A stretch of 62,940 nt of DNA, filler included, from Hyphochytrium catenoides (Eukaryota; Protista; Hyphochytriomycota), in assembly GCA_900088475.1 (NCBI GenBank). It is 7 parts of 7 records of this genome, joined end to end, with 100 filler letters (N's around TTAATTAATTAA, not from the genome) between each part and the next. Parts side by side here need not be neighbours in the genome. Positions count along the whole stretch, not along the records: positions 35,267 to 39,825 come from FLMG01002131.1; positions 39,926 to 43,312 come from FLMG01003663.1; positions 43,413 to 58,862 come from FLMG01001007.1; 4 more parts are not named here. One strand, written 5' to 3'. This document shows positions 35,312-47,300 of this stretch, in pieces. Position 1 is the stretch's first letter. Every line of letters starts with the position of its first letter. The position numbers and the translations under genes are program-made. The notes under the pieces are model-generated. The model saw nothing but the letters and a program-made list of their open reading frames with translations, did not search any database and was not told where the DNA came from.

Positions 35312-37971
35312 GGACAATGTCATTAGTTGAGAGTGCTTTACTTATAAGCCGAACAATCTAGAGCTGTTCTGACTATGCCAACTATTCCTAATAAACCGTA
35401 AGATACTCAGTCATAGAGAAATCCCTGTCTAGAAAAGTCACTCTTGAAGGTCTTACTGACCATAAGCCATAGGTATAAACAGGGAGATTTCGTTTGCTTC
35501 CTATCTCGGCTTCTACTGGGAGTTTGGAGCTGGAACCTTGGGAGTTAAGCTTGCCAGCTTGTAGTCCACATAGCTGTGCCCTCAGACTTCAACAATTTGA
35601 TCACTCCCTATCTCAGAATCGAACCCCTCAATCTCTCTTGCCTACAGACGTTTGAAACTGCGGGGAGGTGTTGAGGTATGGACTATCTGAGTCTTATTTT
35701 ATAGGCCTAAGATGTACCAGACCAACTGTTGTATAAGTTACAGTCCCAAACTCCAAGTAGAAGCAGAGTATGCAGGAAGAAGTGGACTCTAATGTTAACT
35801 ACGACTTATTACTAGGAGAGGACAGGTACTCTCTGATAGTAATACGTCTCAGTAGTATTCAGGATCCCGGAGCGTACCAAACTTTTCTCCGGTATATTCA
35901 GACACCCCCCAACATTAATTCAAAGTGCCCACCATCCAATGATAAAATCTAACATGGTGTAGGCTCCGAGCGATTTAACTCGGGCAATATAGTGAGCCAT
36001 TCGGTTCTGTGACCACGGATGACCATCACAGTTCCATTTGAATCTAGAGCTTACAGAGTTCTCTAGATCCGGGGGAGTGTTGAACTGTGATCGACGCTGA
36101 AACCAAAAAGTGTACAGCGGACGACGCAGAGGGGAAAATCCCTGGTATATAAACAAAAACGGAGATTAGTCAAGAGTACGTTTGGGGTATGGTGCATACT
36201 GGTTAGGATGGTGCATGCTGAAACTGTAGAGGCAAGTAACTTGAAAGAGGAGTAGTGACAGAAAAAAGAGAGAGAGAGAGAGAGAAAGACAGGCCCAGAT
36301 AGACCATGTTGACGATTAGAAAACAATGACAGTGCAGGAAAGAGCAAACAGGGAGAAAGACAAGAGGGAAAGATAAACAGCAGAGGTCCTGGTACAGTAC
36401 ACCTTATTATTACCTTGACATGGAGAACTACCGTGTCTCTCTTACTACGACGATCAACCCTCGGGGATGCTAGGACGGCCGACAAGAGTTGAAACATTGG
36501 CAAACGCCGAAGACACACGACGTGAGAGTTTCCTTCTCTATAAGAAAGAGTGAGTTCCCACACCAAACGCCAACATTATTAGCAGATGCTACTTTCACTT
36601 GGGAAACGGGCAAAGCTTACCGCTTCGCACTTCATACGATGGCAGCAGCTGCCTTAATATTATTAGTCCATGTTCTCGGGAACATGCAAGTCGTTATTAA
36701 TTTCTTGGTCACTAGCGGGATGGGTACTGGGAGGTAGAGGTTATTCTCATTGCGTTATTGAGGATCGCTAGAACTGGTCTGCCGTTCATAATTAGCGATT
36801 CCTCGCGCCCCGTCTTGGTCCGCCTTCCTGTCTTGGTCCTTCTGTCTCCCAGTAAAAGAAAGGAACTGTACCTCAAGCCCTACCGCCATTTCTAGCTCCC
36901 CGGACATACCTGACTCTATTTCCCTGATCTCTTTGCCAGTGTAACGAGGAAATGAGCTGCCGAGATAGAACCTATAAACATCAGTGGCGGAAGTATTCTG
37001 GAGAATTAGTCCCATTCAGGTCTTATGACAACCGCAAAGAGAGTCATCCTTCGCCTCGTTACCACCTCTATTGTATGCGTGCAGCCTGCTGCTGGTGCTT
37101 CTCCAACCTTCTTACATGTCTAATAGGCGTATTTCTTTCATACTTTAAGGCAAGCGCGGGTTATGACCTCAGCCCAATCCTTGCTCTTCTGTTGCTTCCT
37201 CCTAGCCTCTACCTGTAGGGCTCCTTGAGGCGTTGTCGCCTTGTACTTCCGGGCCAGATAGTAAGAATAAGAGTAACTGCTACACGAGGGCCTGCACTTT
37301 CCTCTTTCCTAGAAGAGCAGCCAGTGGCAACATGATTGATATCTATTCTCTACTTACCACGAAATGCGACCAGATAACATGGAAGAATAGTTGATCTCTC
37401 TGCCGATTGAAGGAGAAGAGATCGTCACGCTTCCTGCTTGAAGGTCACAAGAACATTATTTATTAATGTGGTCCTTCCCTCGATCTCGTCACCCAGGAGC
37501 CAGCAGACAGCACGGAAAGCCAGTTCTAACGGCCTTCAATCTTTCCTTGAAAGGTCGTTCCCAGCCCGAACGGCCTCTTGTTTACGCAGAAGTACGCAAT
37601 ACGTCGTTTAACTATTACTCGGCTCGAAAAGAGGGATGTCGATATGACGGTTGGATGACTGCGCTTATTGTAGTCGATGGTCAGGTAGTGTCTACTAAGA
37701 CCAGGTCTTCAACTGAGGCTGATGATACACCTTGAGGCTGATTGTGGCCAATAAAGCAAAATATAAGCTAGACTATGTGGAGGTTTATTAGGACCGAGTA
37801 GCTACAGAGACAACCGCAACCGTCCGGCGGGTCCTCTGCTATGCTAGCCTGGCGCCATAATGTGAATAGGGAGGAGCTAGCAAGCAGAACACCCCCCTAC
37901 TCCACCGTCGGGCATGGGGCCGTAATCATCGGTGTTCAGCTGCTTCTCTCAAACTCTAGAGTCAATCAGAA

Positions 37972-39219
37972 TCAAGAATACATTCTACTAAGAGCCTTCG
38001 NNNNNNNNNNNCCGAAAAGTTGGAAGGCATTAGATCCCAAGGGTAAGTGAGCATCAACCGTGTTGCCTGCCTGAATAGCGAGCCCCAGATCCTTCATCAT
38101 TAGCTCCGTCCCAAAGCCACCCTTGTAGCCGTTTGTGGCTGGGGCGGTCTCTATCACTCCTGGATGAGGATTGTTTCTGAGGAAGCAGGATCGCGTGAGG
38201 TTCACAAACAATAATGACTCAAGTTCCAGAGTTCTTACACATTACAGCTCCAGCAACCCGCTGTCGAGCTGGACATGATGCTGGAGCGGAAACGGAAAAG
38301 CGAGAGAAGCGAATGATGCTTAGTATAGAGTCGTCAACGTCTTTCAGGTCACTGTCTTTCATAGGCACACGTGCGTAAACTGAACATAGGAACATCTTCC
38401 TCCCGCCACGTCACCCTCATACCTTGCAAGAACATGTGGATCTATGCCAAGCTTGTTGCCCAGGTTCATAGCTTCACTGATCCCAATCATTTGTATACCA
38501 AGGGCGAGGTTGTTGCAGAGCTTGGCTACTTCCCCAGTGCCTGAGGCGCCAAATAGCAGAAGGGTTAGGAGCAGAGGTAAAGTCTCCTAGCAACCAAATC
38601 GCTCCTTGCCTGCACCGCCACAATGCACAATCTTCTTGCCCATGCTAGAAAGGTAGGGTTTAGCGCGCTGGAAGGCCTCTTCAGAGCCTCCAACCATAAA
38701 AGTTAATGTGCCCTCGGCCGCTCCTTTCACTCCGCCCGACACTGGGGCGTCCACCATGAGCACTCCAGCCTGGGAATGTAAAGCGAACAGGGAGGATCGT
38801 GTCAACCAGAGTAGGAAATTGTGGCAGAACAACGGCCTATCTGGAGGAGAGATGGAAACGCTAGGCGGAGTCGTTGCCACTTTTGTCAAAGAGCAGGGCG
38901 AGAGAGTGTCACCTTTTCACATTGCAAGTTCACTTCGCGCGTCACGTTCGGGTCAATGGTNNNNNNNNNNNNNNNNNNNNNNNNNNNNNNNNNNNNNNNN
39001 NNNNNNNNNNNNTGAAGCCATTGAGGCGCCCATATTCCCCAGGCCGATGAAGGCGACCTGACCCAACAATGAGAGCGTCATCACCCTTGTCAGCTTACTC
39101 AGATCAGACAATCTTGTTCAGATGGACGAGAAGCTCCTTACCTTGTCTGCACATAGCGATGAGGTGCTAAAGCATCGCCGTGCGGCTGACCTACGGGCCG
39201 GAGCAAGTAGCATGAACAT
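37972..39219 (-). CDS. HIBADH: 3-hydroxyisobutyrate dehydrogenase, mitochondrial (spliced; interrupted by two assembly gaps; 3' end uncertain)
   Basis: Exon 39219-39142 is an Arg/Ser-rich presequence. Then VAFIGLGNMG, TIDP, DAPVSGGVKGAAEGTLTFMVGG, GTGEVAKLCNN, STAGCWS, NPHPG..APATNGYKGGF..LMMKDLGLA. Introns 39058-39141, 38770-38912, 38541-38609, 38281-38422, 38177-38238. Confidence 0.93.
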
Positions 39220-39934
39220 GGTGCTACGTCGGCCAGACCTTTCCTCTGTCCCAGCCAAGTATATGAACCCTCAGAGCGTTTGCAGTTTTCTGCTTTCACT
39301 TCCTTCCTACGGGTATACAGCCCTGATCTTGACTGAGAAAGGCAAAGCACTGGTTGCTCCTCTCCTGGTGATGGAAGGTCGTATCCTGAGCGCTCTCACC
39401 TACCGCATCAGCAGCCACAGCGGGTCCAGGAGGAGTGCCGCACGTCAAGTTGCGGCCGCAGTCCTGGTGACAAGCGGAGGGTAGTTTCGGGAGTCGAATA
39501 GGTTCAACATCAAAATTGCAGAAACCTATGGAAGTATTCATGCAGCCAATATCTGGCCGGTCGTAATATCCTGTTAAGGCTGGAAATTCTCGAGGGAATC
39601 CTTCCATTCTGAAGCTTTCCAGGATCTTTGACAGCCCAGATAGATCGTGAGCGGATGAGGTCTCAGTGATGGGGCCGCTGCCAGCAAGAAACAGAGTTCA
39701 GGCTGCTCCGCCAGATGTCACACATGGTAACATCGCATTGATGATTGGGGAGATGCTGCTACTACCAAGGAACAAACTCTGGCAAAACTCTGCCAGAAGT
39801 CGCACAATTAGGTCTGACTGGTCGGNNNNNNNNNNNNNNNNNNNNNNNNNNNNNNNNNNNNNNNNNNNNTTAATTAATTAANNNNNNNNNNNNNNNNNNN
39901 NNNNNNNNNNNNNNNNNNNNNNNNNCACATAACC

Positions 39935-40280
39935 TAAATAAGAGTGTCTTCAAATCCCATACATTATAACAGCCTGAAGCTTCTGTATCAGCACAATCTA
40001 GATGAAACGATAACAACAAAGGGACTGGGTATTGATTTTATGATTGAGATTTCTCTGAATGAATGCTGAGTCCTGAGAGTTTGGTCTCGAGATCTTTGCT
40101 CGGCCCAGCTTCCCTCATCATCTCTCTCTCCTCTGTTGTTCCTGTGTTCTTCTGGAAATTCTTCTCACACCCCTCTTTCCCATAACACAGGTGTACCCGT
40201 AACGTCTATGTCCCTGAGAGCTAGGTGTGTATAGAGAGTGACTACTGTACTACTGACAACGAACATTGTGGCACTCAACA
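39935..40280 (-). repeat. 3' LTR of the copia element (far boundary uncertain: 39935 or 40134)
   Basis: On the minus strand the polypurine tract tgagggggag (40290-40281) is immediately followed by TGTTG at 40280. Confidence 0.6.
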
Positions 40281-43200
40281 CTCCCCCTCATGCCTAGCTT
40301 CTCTGATTCATCAGTGGTGAGGGTCGAATTAGCTCACCTAATTGTCGGTCTCACTCACTCTATCCCCCTCAGACGAAGCTAGGTGGGTAGTAGTGGCAAG
40401 AGTACTGACACTAGGAGGGTGCACTCCAAGGTGAGGGCGCAGTGTCCGAAAAAGAGGAGCAGGTAAAGGCTTGGTGAGGCAATCGGCTACCATAGCTGTA
40501 GAGGGAGTATAGACCAGCATAATTTTCCCATTGGCGACCATCTCTTCTTGCAGGACACAGTGCTTGACATCTAGATTCTTTGACTTTGGTCGTGAAGAGG
40601 AGCAGAGGACAATTGCGCTTTGTTTGTCCTGACTAATAGGGATGGGCAGCTGGTTGGAGAAGCCAAGCTCGCCAAGGAACACACTGAAGTGCTCTGCGAC
40701 CTGGATTGCGGACCAAAGAGAGACGCACTCCGCTTCGGTGGTTGACGACGCTCGGAGAGATTGTTTCTTTGACTTCCATGCAAATGCATCGCCGTCCGTT
40801 GAGGCTCAATAAATAGCCTGTGATAGACTTGCGGTCAGCTGGGTCACTAGCCCAATCAGCATCAGCCTGGACAGAGAGTTGACGAGGGGTATCTCCCCCT
40901 AGACACAAGGAGAAGTCTTAGGTGGCCTTCAAGTAGGTGAAGATACGTTTTGACGACAGCCTCCCAGTGAACGTGGCGGAAGGTAGTGACGTGTTGTTGG
41001 CTCACAGCTTGTACCGCATAAGCGATATCGGGCCGCGCGCACACCATGACGTACAGCAACCAAGGAACCTACTGCTTGACGATAAGGGGTGCGAGCCCAC
41101 CGATCAGCGCCATCGTCAGAAAGAGGAACGGTAGAAGCTTTGGGCAAGTACATCTTAGGCACCGCTGGGATAGGATTGGGGTTGGCATCAAGTAGGTTTA
41201 AGAAGCGCTCCAAGATCTCGATCATATACTTCGACTGTCGAAGGTATATCTTTAGCAGCTCGATCCCGCTTTACTTGGATGCCCAAGTAGTACTCTAACT
41301 CCCCCAGATCGGTGATGGAGAAACGAGCAGACGGCATAGCCTTGAGACCTGCAATTTGCTCCTCGGTGGTAGGAGCAAAGAGTAGCATGTCATCCACGAA
41401 GACGCCGACGATCTCAAGATCCTCAGGTCTCGAAGAGTGGCGCTTGACGTATACCCCAAAGTCACAAACGCTGCGCTGGAACCCTTGCTCAATCAGATAA
41501 TGGTGCACCGTGTCATTCCACATCTTGGGGCTCTGGCGGCGGAGACCATATATCGACTTCTTCAGCTTCCAGACGAGATCTTCTTGTCCAGGGATTACAA
41601 AGCCCGGTGGTTGACGCATGTACACCTACTCGTCGAGATTGCCGTTCAGGAAGGCGGTCTTGATCGACGTGATGCACTCCTAGATCCAGCGTGGCGGCGA
41701 GCGAGAGAAGGCAGTGGACAGTGTCATGGCCTATCACTGGAGCAATCAAAGACCTCGCTAAAGTCAATACCTTGCTTCTGTCGATTGCCACTGAGCCATC
41801 GCTATGCAACTTGACCCTAAAGATCCATTGAGAGCCGAAAAGATGAGCGCCGGGAGGTGGGGGCACTAGATCGTAAACCTCATGGGACTGCATTGATGTA
41901 AGCTCTGAGGTAATGGCGGCTAGCCATTCTGTGGCATGAGGTCCAGAGAGTGCCTCGCGGACTGTTTTTTTCGGTTCAGAGACATGCAGAGATTAGCCTG
42001 GCCTACTGGAAAAGAGAGAGAGTCTTCTTGTAGCAGTCTATCACGACCACGAGTGATAGGACCGAGTGGAGAAGTGATTATGGTCGAAGAGGAGGGAGAA
42101 GAAGCTGCCGGATGATCTTCGTCTTCGCCAAGTTCGCTCGTCTCCGTCCCATCAGCAACGCTGCTCTCTGGCTCCTGCTCTCTGCTGGCTCCGCCCCAGA
42201 CAGTCATTGGTGGGTTTCTCTTTCTGGACTTGCTTCGTCAGCAGAAGGTTCACTTTCTTTTTCTGCTTGTCTCGCTGCACTCGCTTCACCACTTACTTGC
42301 CCTGCTTCAGCCGCAGTTGTTAATTCGCTCCCTATGATGGGGAATAATGAGACATAGTCATAATTTTGCTGCCTTTGTGCCTGTTTGAGTAGAAAGGCCC
42401 AGAGCGAGAACGTCGACACCACATCACGCCGCACAGAGATTCTCTTGGTCGTCGTCAGAGGATCATACAGTCGATAGCCATGGGTGCCAGAGTCATACCC
42501 TACAAAGATATACCGAGAGCTCCGCCATCAAGCTTTCGCAGCATGGTCGACGGCTTTAAAGCATACGCAAGTGAACCAAAGACGCGTAGATGACCAACAT
42601 CAGGTGGCTTGCCGTACCACTTTTCGTAGGGGGTAGAGCCATCATCGAGTGAAGCAGTAGGACAGCGATTGGTCACATGAACTGCGGAGGCCAAGTCATC
42701 TGCCAAAAAAAAACGAGGCAGGTCAGTAGCAATCAGAAGGCATCTCCTCGCCTGCATGACAGTTCTCATCCAGCGTTCACAACAGCCGTTGCTAGAGGGG
42801 GAATAAGAAGCAGGTGTAAGAGAGTGCAGGATGCCGCGGCGAGAGCACACTCTGCGTGCAGCACTGCTAATGAACTCACCCCCGCGATCGGAGCGTATCT
42901 CCTTCACGCGCTCACCCGTCTGGTTCTCCATGAAAAGAATGAGCTCCTCCAACTTAGCTTCTGCTTCTCCTTTGCTCCGAAGAAAGTGCACAAAGCACAT
43001 CCGAGAGTGATCATCCACCACGAGCAGAAAATGTACGTAGCCTTGATAGCTACAAGTATTGACAATGCCAACGTCGGCGTGCAGAAGTTCCAGCAGTCTT
43101 TTTGTCTTACGGGGCTGAGCGTGGTAAGGCTTACGAGTTAGCTTCGCAAGAATGCAGGTTTCACAAAGACAGAGCTGCTGAGAAGCTCTATCAAGGGCTA

Positions 43201-43312
43201 TACCGAAAGCCTGCAGGGCTAGTCTGCGAATATCTGTGTGGTTAAGATGATTAGGCCGATTGTCTCATAGATGTCCTGCTGGTTCTCTTTCTTCTTTCTC
43301 CTTTCGAAGATA
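39935..43312 (-). mobile_element. Ty1/copia LTR retrotransposon, degenerate pol (GAG-pre-integrase, integrase, RT, RNase H), truncated at contig end
   Basis: HLNH..CETCILAK; HADV, VDDHSR, IRSDRGGEF, SNGCCER; MYMRQPPGF..LKKSIYGL, VFVDDMLL; ADADWASDPADRKSITGY; MVADCLTKPL. INT-RT-RH order is diagnostic of copia. Multiple frameshifts. Confidence 0.96.
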
Positions 43313-43800
43313 NNNNNNNNNNNNNNNNNNNNNNNNNNNNNNNNNNNNNNNNNNNNTTAATTAATTAANNNNNNNNNNNNNNNNNNNNNNNNNNNNNNNN
43401 NNNNNNNNNNNNTCTCTCTCTCTCTCTCTCTCTCTGTGCTTCTCTCTGTCCTCAGCAGCAACGTTGATGCAGAGCAGAGATCACATAAAGACCATGGTAG
43501 ATGTAGTAATAATATCACTTTCGAAGAAAGCCCGGCCCTTATCCGCCCGTTCCCATAATAATACACCCCGAGGTCAAAGACAGAGACAAAAGTATGAGCA
43601 CTTGAGTTGTGGGAGGGCATATGTCTGGTTCCAGCCTGATCATACTCCGCCCTGTATGATTGGAACCGTTATCCAGTGTGAGCTGCCTCACAGCAATGCC
43701 TGAAGATATGCCGCGGCGGTCAGGACTTGTCAAGCTTGGGCTTCTTGAGCTTCAACAGTCCTGCGCTGCCCCGACTGAGGAGGCAACACCAGGAACGCAA

Positions 43801-43831
<31 letters not shown>

Positions 43832-43891
43832 AGAGGACGACCACGAGGAAGACAAGCACCAGGGGAAGAGACAAAGAACCAGCAGCCAGTG

Positions 43892-43922
<31 letters not shown>

Positions 43923-44394
43923 TGAGTTGAACTACCAGGAAGAGTAAAAGCAGAGGACCTGTTGATGATGGAGCGAAAGACATCAGTGCTGATCAAGCTA
44001 TAGACAAGCGGGTAAGAAGTCGCCCGCCTGCAGCTCCAAACGTTGCAAGTGCTTCTAGATGGAAAGGGCAGGAGAAGGCCATCCCGAGAGGTAGACGAAC
44101 AGTAGATGCAAAGAGCTGTGAACGGAGGAAGCGGCGGAGGCGCTAGGGAGGAAGCTTGACCACGCACTCCTTATCATCGAGGAGAAGCTTGTCTGCTCAG
44201 GATGAAGTAGAGGACAGGCAGGCCTTCCTTGCTGTGCGAAGAGATAAAAGAGGGCAGGGCGGAGGGACTCGTCTGCCCCTTCCTTTCCGGGAGAGAAGAG
44301 AGATAGAAGAGGTCGTGGGTCGGTGACCGAGAGAGCAAGAGGGAAAGAGAGAGAGACAGAGAAGCGCTGACAACAGGCTGAAGTCTTAGGCAGT

Positions 44395-47300
44395 ATGGCC
44401 TCGAACGAGATACGAGGGCTCCGCCTGTTGGACAAGGATCTATACAGCATCGCGTCCTATCAGCGGCAGCTGGGCGGCAGAGCCGCTACGAAGAAAAGTG
44501 TAGGGCTGAGGAAGGAGACAACAGTGGCAGAAGTAGAGGTGTCGCTCGCAGGTGAGACATAATAGCAAGAGTAGATGGTGGACACTAAAGGCTTGGAAGC
44601 AAGGACAAGGAAGGAGAGAGAGAGAGAGAGAGAGAGAAGGAAAAAGAAAAAAAGAAAAAGTGAGAAAGGCAGAGAAAAGAGGGAGAGAGGCAGTGAGAGA
44701 GAGAGAGGAGAGAGAGAGCCAGAGAGAGGAAGAGAGGAGAGAGAGAAGGATAGCCCGGGAAAAACAACCAGCCGAAGACAGAGGAGGGGAAGAGAGAATC
44801 TAATCCTTCTGCCTTATTGGTTTGATCTTCTGTCTTATCTTATTTTTCACGTCCCTCTTTCTTCTCCCTCCACGTCTTTCTAAATGGCATGTAGAGCTGC
44901 AGCGAATAGCCTTGGAGCTCTCACAGCTAAAGGGCCAGCTAACTAAGTCAGAGGATGGGATGAAAAAAGAAGAGAGAGACGAAGCTAAGAAGCAGGCTCT
45001 CACCCTCATCGAACAACTGAAAGAGACGAAGATTACTAGGACTATACTTGAGCTTACCAAACTTGGAAGGTTGCTCTCCCCTCTCCTTCCACACTCTCTC
45101 TCCCTCTTACAGTTACCTACTTATCTTTCTCTCTCTGCGTCTTCTCTCTGGATCTTGCTCCCATTCTCTTCGCCCGTCCCTTCTCTCTCTTTCTCTCTCT
45201 CTCTNNNNNNNNNNNNNNNNNNNNNNNNNNNNNNNNNNNNNNNNNNNNNNNNNCTCTCTCTCTCTCCTCTCTCTCTCTTCTCTCTCTCTCTTCTCTCTCC
45301 TTCTTGCCGTCGTCGACCAATAGCTGATGGAAGGCTCCTTGTTCCGCAGAGTGTTGAATGGCCTGGTGAAGAGTTGTTATTCTGATGAGCAGATAGTGAC
45401 CGCCGCCACCGTCCTGCTGAAGAAATGGGTGGCCATTGCCAAAAAGGTCAGTTGTAAGGCAAGGATGATGAAAGAGAGGGGCCTCACCTTTTACCTTGTC
45501 TTAAGAAGGAAGGGAAAACGAATTGGAGAGATAGGACAGGAGATGGCAGAGAAGGAGAAGAGAAAGAGGCAGCAAGAGGGTGAGATAAGGGTACGAGTTG
45601 GAGGTGGGGCTCTAGAGAGAGAAGTGAACCGCAATACCTATGGGCTAGAAGAGAGAGTGGGCGTCCGCGCTAAGAGAAAGAAAGGAAGAGAAATGACATC
45701 AGACTAGCAAGGAGTGAGGAGAGGGTGGCAGAGAGGGAGAGAGAGGGCAGAGGGGAAGAGAGAGAGACAGAGAGGGGAGAGCGGAAGAGAGAGAGAGACA
45801 GAGAGAGCGCCAATCAGAAGTGAGAGCAGTGGATTTCGAGGCAGGACGGGACATCAGCGATCGAAAGGGTTGAGTAAGTAGGCTGCTACACATGAGCAAA
45901 CGCTGAGAGGGCCATGGACAAGGAGAGGAAGAGCAAAGGAGGATACACCCGGGGGCGAGAGAAAATTACTTCCCAATAGCTTGTGAACTCTCCCCATCCA
46001 CCACATCCCTGACGAATTCGTTTCTCTCTGGTGGTCCTGTTGTCTCCATGGGTGTAGGGGCCCCAGAAGCAGGATAAGGACAAACATGAGCCTTCGGGAT
46101 GTAGAAAGCCCTTCGGTCGTCTAGACAGCAAACTCGTGGCACGTGTGGATCAAGCTGTGTTGAGAATAAAGAAGGCAGCCGAGGTGGGAGTGGAGATAAC
46201 AGAGTGACAAGAGGAGAGAGGTGGATGTCGAAGAATATGCGGATAATGGGTTCAAGAGAGCGGATTTGTTAGATTAACTAAAGAAAAGCAATAGTAAGAT
46301 GGAGAGAGAGAGACATCAGAATAGGCAAAAGCAGCTCACGCCTCTCTTCTCTCTCTTGATAGAGTTCGACGCTAGAAGAGGAGCAGCTTTCCGTTCTAGA
46401 TCACTTGCTCTCCTCACTGGAGAACATTCAGATCCCGACTTTAGACGAGCTAAGAGAGAGCAAGATAGTAAGCTCCATCAGAAGTATAAGGAAATGCTGT
46501 AAGAAGAGCATGGCACACCTACCCCAAGACTCCACAGCAGCGGAAGCTATGAAAGAGAGGGTCGAAGGGATTGATCAGAGGTTGAAGCAGCTTCTCTCTT
46601 GCTGGGAGAAGATGCTTATCAACACTATGGGAGATGCCAAGCGGTCAGAAGGCAGCTCGTCCTCGCCTGCACGAGGTAAGCTTTGGCATTAGAATGACGC
46701 ACTTGACTGCTCAGGCAGACTTCTGTTCCTCCTTCCTCCCTTCCGCCCTAGTTTATTGGTGGGTCTTCCCTGTCTCTCTCTCCCTTGGCAATATGCCCTG
46801 TATTGAAGCTCTCAACCTTTCCCCCATCGCCATAACTCTTTATCTCCCTCCTCCCGCCCCTCTTTGCTTGTCTCTTTCTCTTTCTCTGTCTAGCATCCTA
46901 TCTCTCTATTTATTCTTGTCCATCTATCTATCTATATCTATCCCACCTCCCAGTTATGCTAGATTGCCTAGTGTTCTGCCATGTCTCCATCTCTTATGAA
47001 CTATTATCAACCTCATGTTCTCTTGTAGAAGCTAATCCTAGGAGTCAAGCAGGAAGTAATGGAGAGAGCAGCCGTCTCTCGGTAGGGGATCCTTTTCTCT
47101 TTCTGGGCAACCTTTCTCGTCTCTTTCCATCGCATCTGACGCAGCATTTCCCGAAACGTGCTAACTTTCCATCTCTTCTCCTTTTCACAGGAGGGGCTCT
47201 ATGCTAAGGAGAGTCCCCACCCTAGCAAAAGAATCCTTCCACTGCCAGTCAAGGACGGTGCCGCAATTCTGAAAAGGGTCGTAGGCTTTCGACTCCCTAG

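Noticed and set aside
39296-39607. Cys-containing 103-aa ORF upstream of HIBADH
   Set aside because: No motif and close to the contig end; cannot be supported.
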